Shown here in pieces: positions 27,527-33,711 of a stretch of 64,000 nt of DNA; position 1 is the first letter of the stretch, and the number at the start of each line of letters is the position of its first letter. The notes under the pieces were generated by a model. That model saw nothing but the letters and a program-made list of their open reading frames with translations. It made no database searches and was not told where the DNA came from. The stretch comes from Ostreococcus lucimarinus (lineage: Eukaryota), in NCBI GenBank assembly GCA_000092065.1, contig CP000584.1; one strand, written 5' to 3'. Both the position numbers and the translations under genes were made by a program.

Positions 27527-30019
27527 ATGTCCGCCGCGACGAAAGCCGCCGAGCGCGACGCCCTGGAGCGACTCCAGCGCGACGTGCGCAAGCACGCGCG
27601 CGACGAGAGCGTCGAGATCGATGCCGCGCGCGGCTGGCGCGTTACGTTTACCGAGCGCAAAACGGGCGCGCAAGCGGGGACATTTTACAAAGAGTTTTAC
27701 GCCCCCGACGGCACGCGGTTTCGAAGCGCCAAAGAAGTCTGCGCGCACGTCCAACAGATTCGAGGGATGAAGCGTAAAGCGCTGAAAGCGAGCGCGGGAT
27801 CGGGAAAGGAGAAAGGAAGCGGGAAGGGCGATGGAAAGGCGAAACGGGGGAGGCCGAGCGCGAGCGCGGAAACCGAGAACGAGGCGGACGCGCTGGAGAA
27901 ACTGTACGCGTACGTGAAGAACACGGCTGGTCGTGATATACGTCATCACGGTTGGGGCGTGGTGTTCGTGGAGCGGAAGTCGGGGGCGCTGGCTGGGCAG
28001 GTGTATAAAGACTACTTGACGCCGTGCGGGAACAAAGTACGGTCGATGAAGGAGGTGATGGTGTACTTGGCGGGGGTGAAGTCGCCGCAATCGAAAAAGA
28101 AGATTCGTCGTGACGATGGGAGCGTGGAGGAGGAGATGGAGGCGGAACCGACCGAGGCGGAGCTTCAAGCGTTGGAAATGAAGATTACAGAAGAGCACGC
28201 GGCGGCGATTACCAGAGCCGTGCCAGCGTTACCGGCGCGCACGCAATCCGTGCAAGTGACTGGCCTAGAATTAGACGATGATATGGATGAGGATCGGTTG
28301 CTTGTTGAATTTAGCAACATCACCGGACTCGAACCGGTGTATGAAACCTTGGAAGAGCTGCGGGAAATGGTGAATAAAGAGCGCGCTCGGGCGGCGGCGA
28401 AAAACGAGGCGATGGAGTTCAATTTCAAGCCGCCAACGACGCGCGCGCCGCGACCTTCTCTCGAAGCGCTGCCAAATGGGCTGAGCTACGCCGCGAAGGA
28501 AGTCGATGAGACGAAGAAGGCGGATCAGTTGGCGTTAATTCAACGCTTTCAGAAGGAAAGCAAAATCATGAATAAGCTTGGAGATGCTTCCAAAGCCGAT
28601 TGGAGAGGTGAAGCGCGCGTACCGAAAGTTTTGGGAGACACATCGGTTCCGGATGTTGTGCGTGGGGGTACGCGCGCCGGAGCGACGCCCATGATTGCGG
28701 GAACGGCGGCGGAAATCAAACTTTTACCGAGCACGACTGAGATTGATTACGACGGCGCTGAGGACAGGCCTCCGTTCGATCCCACTGATACGAGCTCGGT
28801 GACGACGCTCAAGGCAGCCATGCATACATCAACGGCGCCGGATGAAGTGCGGTGTCGCGAAGATGAGCGCGCGAAAGTGATCGATTTGATTCAAGGGTGC
28901 TTGCGTGATCACAAACCGGGCAGTCTGTATCTCGCCGGACTGCCAGGGACGGGGAAAACACTCACGCTCAAAGACGTTCAGAGAACAACGGAAAGATGGG
29001 GTATCGTAGGTAAGACTCGACCCCGTGTAGCTTTCATCAACTGCATGTCCGTGCACAACGCCAAAGATATTTTTGGAGTCGTTTTAGATCAACTTGGCGA
29101 AAGAGTTGCATCTGAAGACCGAGCGCCAAGCGTGGGATCCATAGAATACAGCAATATCCCAGAAGTCGTGGCGTTGAGAAGAGTAGTGACTTCGATGAAC
29201 GGTGGAATGTGCATCATTCTGCTCGATGAGATGGATCAACTCGAAACACGAGATCAAGAGGTTTTGTACGAGCTGTTTGCTTTGCCCGCACTCAAGGGAT
29301 CACGATGCGTTTTAGCGGGAGTCTCCAACGCGATCAATCTCACCGATCGCGTGCTGCCTAGATTGCGCGCTCGTGGATGCGAGCCTGCACTCGTAACGTT
29401 TTCTGCGTACGATGCCAAGCAGCTCAAGGTATTGCTGAAACAGCGCCTCGCGGCGCTTCCATTCAAGGCTTTCGAGGACTCTGCGTTGGAATTGTGTTCG
29501 CGGAAAGTAGGCGCGGCGACGGGCGACATGCGAAAGGCGCTCAACGTGTGCGCCACCGCCGTCGACATATGCGTGCAAGAAGCGACGAAGATCTCAGAGG
29601 ATGGTAGCGAAGCGCCCGCCTCGGCCAAGGGCACTGTGAAGATTTCCCACATGGCGCGCGCGCTTTCAAAAACGTACGCATCGCCAGTCGTGGACTCAAT
29701 CCGGGCATTGCCGCAAATGCAACAGATGGTCCTGTGTTCGGCGATAAAACTTTTGAGCAGTACGCACGCCATGGAGACGACGTTAGGGGCTTTGCATGAT
29801 CGATACGTCATCACTTGCAAGACAGCCGGTGTCAAGGATCTATCTCAAGGTGAGTTCCACAACATGTGCAGCGCGCTCTCGGATCATTGTTTGGTTAAGA
29901 TTGGGAATGCGAGTAACGATCGATTGCGCAAGCTACGATTGCTCGCCACGCGAGATGATGTGGAGTTTTCACTCCAAGGTGTGAACTTCTTCCGCAACTT
30001 ATTAGGGATCAACGAGTAG
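27527..30019 (+). CDS. ORC1/CDC6-family AAA+ replication initiator with two N-terminal MBD-like domains and an AT-hook (830 aa)
   Basis: Single uninterrupted ATG ORF. The C-terminal half has SLYLAGLPGTGKT (Walker A, about 28936..28959), ILLDEMDQL (Walker B), VSNAINLTDRVLPRL, GDMRKALNVC (sensor 2) and a winged-helix tail. Features of both CDC6 (DEMDQL) and ORC1 (KAFEDSALELCSRKV) are present. The N-terminal modules are listed as separate features. Confidence 0.85.
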   Translation: MSAATKAAERDALERLQRDVRKHARDESVEIDAARGWRVTFTERKTGAQAGTFYKEFYAPDGTRFRSAKEVCAHVQQIRGMKRKALKASAGSGKEKGSGKGDGKAKRGRPSASAETENEADALEKLYAYVKNTAGRDIRHHGWGVVFVERKSGALAGQVYKDYLTPCGNKVRSMKEVMVYLAGVKSPQSKKKIRRDDGSVEEEMEAEPTEAELQALEMKITEEHAAAITRAVPALPARTQSVQVTGLELDDDMDEDRLLVEFSNITGLEPVYETLEELREMVNKERARAAAKNEAMEFNFKPPTTRAPRPSLEALPNGLSYAAKEVDETKKADQLALIQRFQKESKIMNKLGDASKADWRGEARVPKVLGDTSVPDVVRGGTRAGATPMIAGTAAEIKLLPSTTEIDYDGAEDRPPFDPTDTSSVTTLKAAMHTSTAPDEVRCREDERAKVIDLIQGCLRDHKPGSLYLAGLPGTGKTLTLKDVQRTTERWGIVGKTRPRVAFINCMSVHNAKDIFGVVLDQLGERVASEDRAPSVGSIEYSNIPEVVALRRVVTSMNGGMCIILLDEMDQLETRDQEVLYELFALPALKGSRCVLAGVSNAINLTDRVLPRLRARGCEPALVTFSAYDAKQLKVLLKQRLAALPFKAFEDSALELCSRKVGAATGDMRKALNVCATAVDICVQEATKISEDGSEAPASAKGTVKISHMARALSKTYASPVVDSIRALPQMQQMVLCSAIKLLSSTHAMETTLGALHDRYVITCKTAGVKDLSQGEFHNMCSALSDHCLVKIGNASNDRLRKLRLLATRDDVEFSLQGVNFFRNLLGINE
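27551..27757 (+). other. MBD-like module 1 (residues about 9-77)
   Basis: GWRVTFTERKTGAQAGTFYKEFYAPDGTRFRSAKEVCAHV compared with MeCP2 [40 protein letters not shown]. Confidence 0.65.
27842..27856 (+). other. AT-hook core KRGRP
   Basis: GKAKRGRPSAS lies between the two MBD-like modules. Confidence 0.5.
27881..28075 (+). other. MBD-like module 2 (residues about 119-183)
   Basis: GWGVVFVERKSGALAGQVYKDYLTPCGNKVRSMKEVMVYL. It is preceded by EADALEKLYAYV, which parallels ERDALERLQRDV before module 1. Confidence 0.65.
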
Positions 30020-30097
30020 ACTCGTTGATTGTACATACAATTCGAGACGCGATTCGACGTCGTCAAACGAGGCGCACCACACAAAACGACACGCCAA

Positions 30098-30976
30098 ATG
30101 AAAGCTTCTCTCCTCCGACCATTGACATTGACCGCTCGACTTCGCGCTGTGCATCGCGTTAAGCCGCGTCTCAACACCGCTCGCTCGCTCGTCACTCGAG
30201 CCGACGCGACAGACCAATCAGGATCAGGCGCCTTCGTGCGAGGCCAAGCTCAGTTCTCGAAATTTTACCCAAGCGAAGCGCGCGATTTCACGTTCTCGAG
30301 ACACGTGATGCTCGCCGTCGACGGCACACATGCCTCTGAAGACGCCGCACGATGGGTCATTCAAAATGTCGTTCGCTCTGGAGATCTCCTGCACTTGATC
30401 CACGTCGCCGTTCCGGAATCGTTCGGTACGCTGCGTCGCGCGACGTTGTTCACTCGGAGAGACTGACCAAAACGACAAGGAGTTTACTACCTGGGCGCTC
30501 CCGGAACGGAGATCGCAGGAAGCGAGCTGGATTGGGAACGTAAAGACGAATTCTGGGCGAGTTGCATCCGCAGAACCGAACGCATGCTCGACGGCACCGT
30601 CACCCACATCATCGGCGAAGACGCCGACGCAGGGGAAGAGATGACGCCGTTTCGTCCGCCCATCGAACTCGATTGCATCTTGGATCAAACCTGGTACGCG
30701 TCACTTGATATACGTAACGCATATTTATCAACCTTCGACAGGGAGCCCGTTGGCGAGGTTTTACTCAACAAAGCGAAAGAGTCCAACGCCGAAATTCTCG
30801 TCGTCATCAAGCATCATAAGAGCTGGGTCCAAAAAATTTTCTCGGGATCGGTGAGCGAGTACCTGATCGACAAATCTGAGATCCCCATCCTCGTGTTTCC
30901 AGCCGCGATGCCCGCGTCTTCGGAAGACTTGATCTTAGGCGACGAAGACGATCAAAGTTCCAAAGGCGCGCGTTGA
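30098..30976 (+). CDS. Universal stress protein (USP / adenine-nucleotide alpha-hydrolase) family protein, join(30098..30425,30480..30693,30742..30976), 258 aa
   Basis: RHVMLAVDGTHASEDAARWVIQNVVRSGDLLHLIHV (USP N-terminal strand-helix) and AEILVVIKHHKSWVQKIFSGSVSEYLIDKSEIPILVF (USP C-terminal motif) lie in two track ORFs (30029..30466 and 30584..30976). Two mini-introns link them, and the total of 777 nt is divisible by 3. The N-terminus MKASLLRPLTLTARL is transit-peptide-like. Confidence 0.65.
30426..30479 (+). other. Mini-intron (USP intron 1, 54 nt)
   Basis: GTACGC donor, ACTGAC at 30462..30467, AAG acceptor ending at 30479. It removes the in-frame TGA at 30464..30466, and G|GA restores a Gly codon and the downstream frame. 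Confidence 0.55.
30694..30741 (+). other. Mini-intron (USP intron 2, 48 nt, frame-preserving)
   Basis: GTACGC donor, CGTAAC branch-like box at 30713..30718, CAG acceptor ending at 30741, all within an AT-rich stretch. Its length is a multiple of 3 with no stop, so retention would insert 16 aa. Confidence 0.45.
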
Positions 30977-31069
30977 TAACTTCATTTCATTACAAAGATC
31001 CGTCATGAGATGAGAAAATGACCGAAACGATGCGAAAGAATCAAGACGAAATGTTTGAGCGCGGTTCGA

Positions 31070-31074
31070 TTACA
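31070..31074 (-). terminator. Candidate TGTAA poly(A) signal for the ankyrin gene
   Basis: The plus strand reads ttaca, 9 nt after the minus-strand TAA stop (31083..31085). Confidence 0.3.
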
Positions 31075-31082
31075 CGCCGCGC

Positions 31083-31721
31083 TTAGTGGGCGAGGATTTC
31101 GCGCACGTACTTGTACGAGTTACTCCACACAGCCTTGCAAAGATCGATGGGCAAGCACTCTTGTTTGTTCTTGATGTTCTTGTCCGCACCATTTTGTAGC
31201 AAGAGATTGACGATTTCCACGTGTCCACGCATCGCCGCCCAGTGCAGCGCGGTGTTGTCGCCCATATCCAGCGCGTCCACGTCCGCGCCTTGCTCGAGCA
31301 TGAACTTCACCGTGTGATAGTGTCCGTTGTGCGCCGCGCGCTGCAACCCAGTATCTTTCATCAATCCGCTCTGTTGAATGTCAGCGCCTTCGTTGAGCAA
31401 CAGTTCGACAACCTTCGTGTGCCCGTTGCCCGCCGCGAGCACGAGCGGAGGATCCCCGCAGTGGTCGCACTCGTTAATCGGCGCGCCTTCGTGGATGTGC
31501 TCCTTCACCCAGTCGTAATAGCCATCGACGCAGTCGCGCCAAATATTGGATTTTTCCGGGATGAATCGTCCGGTCTGCGATGCGTTCGCGTTCGTTCGTC
31601 AGTCGTCGACTCGGGAATCGCGCACGAGGGGCCTCGGACGCGCGGACGCGATCCAGCGTCGTCGCCTTTGCGCGCCTTCGCCCGCGTCGCGAGTTTCACG
31701 CACCACGAGGTCGAACGGCAT
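31083..31721 (-). CDS. Small canonical ankyrin-repeat protein, complement(join(31083..31574,31704..31721)), 169 aa
   Basis: 33-residue ANK repeats (GDPPLVLAAGNGHTKVVELLLNEGADI.., DTGLQRAAHNGHYHTVKFMLEQGADV.., GDNTALHWAAMRGHVEIVNLLLQNGADK). The track ORF starts at GTG, and the frame stays open upstream to a CAG acceptor at 31575..31577. An 18-nt exon ATGCCGTTCGACCTCGTG followed by GTGCGT fits in phase 0. Confidence 0.6.
31575..31703 (-). other. Spliceosomal intron (ankyrin gene, 129 nt)
   Basis: On the minus strand: GTGCGT donor at 31703, ACTGAC at 31603..31598, CAG acceptor at 31577..31575. Confidence 0.55.
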
Positions 31722-31926
31722 CGTGTTTTCTCGGTTTCTGTCGCCGTGTCGGGCGCGCGTGTGTGCAGCGCGCGCGCGCGCGTTCGCCCGCCTCGAAATG
31801 CGCGAGCCACTTTCAGCCGTTTTTTTGCCGTTTTTTCACTCGAGCAAAACTCTCTCAGAAACGAGCGTTGTATTAAACCGAGGCAAACTAACGAGAAATG
31901 CGAAAGTACTAATCGAGAGCGCGATA

Positions 31927-32811
31927 TCACTTGGAGGGATCGATCAACTTCTTCGGCGGCCGAGCCGCCTTTTCGTCGACGCCGCTCGTGCCGAAGCGTC
32001 TACGCAAGACAGCCAAGACGTCGGACATCGGCACGCCTTGCTTGTTCAACATCACCATTGAGTGATAGAGCACGTCCGCCATTTCGTTCGTCGCCGCTTC
32101 CTTGCCTTCGTTTTCCTCCCACGTCTGGCACAACTCTCCCGCTTCTTCGCGAATCTTCTTACACAACAGCTCGGGGTTATCCAACAGCCTTCGAGTCCAC
32201 GAGGGCTTGACGTCGTCCGCCACAGCCTCCACCCTTCGCGCCTCAATCGTCGCCTCCAACTCATACAACGTCGTCAGCGCCTCCTCCGCCGCGTGTCGAC
32301 CCCCATCGACCTTCGCCGCCGCTCCATCCCTTCCATCGACCCGCTTATAGTAACACGTGTGCGCGCCCGTGTGACACGTCGGCCCCGTCGGGACGCCCAA
32401 ATAAATCAAACTATCCCGGTCGCAGTCCACGTGCACGGATTCAACGCCGATGAAATTACCGCTCGTCTCTCCCTTGCACCACAGTTCCGAGCGACTGCGG
32501 CTCCAGAACGTCGCCTTGCGATTCCGAAGCGTGTACGCCACCGCGTCCCGGCTCGCGAAGCCCTGCATCAAGATAGCGCCCGTGTCCACGTCCTGCGCGA
32601 TCGCGCACACCAGCCCTTTATCGTCGTACTTCAGCGAGTCCAGGAACGCGTTCAACTGCGTCTCGTCGACCGCGACGTCCGCGCCGAGCGCGATCGCGCG
32701 ACGAGCGTTCGCGCGCGCGACGACGCGCGCGCGCGTCGAGCCGCCGAACGCTGGTTGACGCGCGCGCGCGCCGCGCGGCATCGCCCGCGTCGGGGCGAGC
32801 GCGCGCGTCAT
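31927..32811 (-). CDS. hisIE: Bifunctional histidine biosynthesis protein HisIE (phosphoribosyl-AMP cyclohydrolase / phosphoribosyl-ATP pyrophosphatase) with a transit-peptide-like N-terminus
   Basis: GLVCAIAQDVDTGAILMQGFASRDAVAYTL..ATFWSRSRSELWCKGETSGNF..VHVDCDRDSLIYLGVPTGPTCHTG (HisI), then LYELEATIEARR...PSWTRRLL...KIREEAGEL...EMADVLYHSMVML (HisE). ATG at 32811, alternative at 32781. The 5' part of the track ORF is shadow sequence. Confidence 0.9.
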   Translation of the reverse strand: MTRALAPTRAMPRGARARQPAFGGSTRARVVARANARRAIALGADVAVDETQLNAFLDSLKYDDKGLVCAIAQDVDTGAILMQGFASRDAVAYTLRNRKATFWSRSRSELWCKGETSGNFIGVESVHVDCDRDSLIYLGVPTGPTCHTGAHTCYYKRVDGRDGAAAKVDGGRHAAEEALTTLYELEATIEARRVEAVADDVKPSWTRRLLDNPELLCKKIREEAGELCQTWEENEGKEAATNEMADVLYHSMVMLNKQGVPMSDVLAVLRRRFGTSGVDEKAARPPKKLIDPSK

Positions 32812-32941
32812 GATCGTGACCTCGCGCGCGCGCGCGTCCGAGCGACGAAGCGAGACGTCGAGCGCGCGCGACGCGACGCGCGTGCGTGCGTCGGGCTTTG
32901 TCGGGACGCGCCGCGACGTGACTTTACGACGCGCGCGCGCG

Positions 32942-33640
32942 ATGCTTCGCGCGGCGCTCCGCGCGCGCGCGGTGCGACTTCGCGCGCTCGATCGCGCGTC
33001 CATCGCCGATCGCGCGCGTCGCGAAGACGGTCGCGCGCGTCGGCAGCGCGCGCCGAGGCGTCGTCCGCGAGTCGTCGCTTTTTCGACCGGCGAGCGCGCG
33101 AGCGAGGAGAGCGTCGACGAGGCGCGCATGCGGCGCGCTTTGGCGCTCGCCCTCGACGCTGGGTCGCAGGGCGAAGTGCCGATCGCGGCCGTGCTCGTGG
33201 ACGCGACGACGGGGGAGGTGGTGGCGGAGGCGGCGAATCGCTGCGAGCGGGACGGCGACCCGACGGCGCACGCGGAGATGCTATTGATACGACTGGGCGC
33301 GGAAAAACTCGGAGGATGGCGACATTTGAAGCGCACGAGAATGTATGTGACGCTAGAGCCGTGCGCGATGTGTGCGGGGGCGATATTGCAGAGTAGAGTG
33401 GGAGGGGTGACGTACGGGGCGCGAAACGCGCTGCTCGGCGCGGATGGAAGCTGGGCGGCGCTGCTGCGAAACGAGGATGTGGGAGGAAGCGAGCGGGCGC
33501 CTGTGCGCGCGCATCCGTTCACGCCGGACTTGGACGTAAAGGGAGGCGTGCTCGCAGAGGAGACGGGGGAGGCGATGCGAGAATTTTTTAGGCGACGGCG
33601 AACGCTCGGCGCGTACGACGGCGAAACCGCGTCGAGCTGA
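32942..33640 (+). CDS. TADA: tRNA-specific adenosine deaminase (TadA/ADAT2-type CDA fold), probably organellar
   Basis: MRRALALALDAGSQGEVPIAAVLVD...PTAHAEMLLI...YVTLEPCAMCAGAI gives the H(A)E and PC..C zinc motifs. The start is uncertain: ATG 32942 (MLRAALRARAV) is preferred. ATG 32810 would overlap the HisIE start codon. Confidence 0.8.
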   Translation: MLRAALRARAVRLRALDRASIADRARREDGRARRQRAPRRRPRVVAFSTGERASEESVDEARMRRALALALDAGSQGEVPIAAVLVDATTGEVVAEAANRCERDGDPTAHAEMLLIRLGAEKLGGWRHLKRTRMYVTLEPCAMCAGAILQSRVGGVTYGARNALLGADGSWAALLRNEDVGGSERAPVRAHPFTPDLDVKGGVLAEETGEAMREFFRRRRTLGAYDGETASS

Positions 33641-33711
33641 CTTTGTTTGTGTATTGTTGTACACAAGTTTGTGTAGTGTATTGTATTGTAGCATTGCTCT
33701 AATCATATCAT

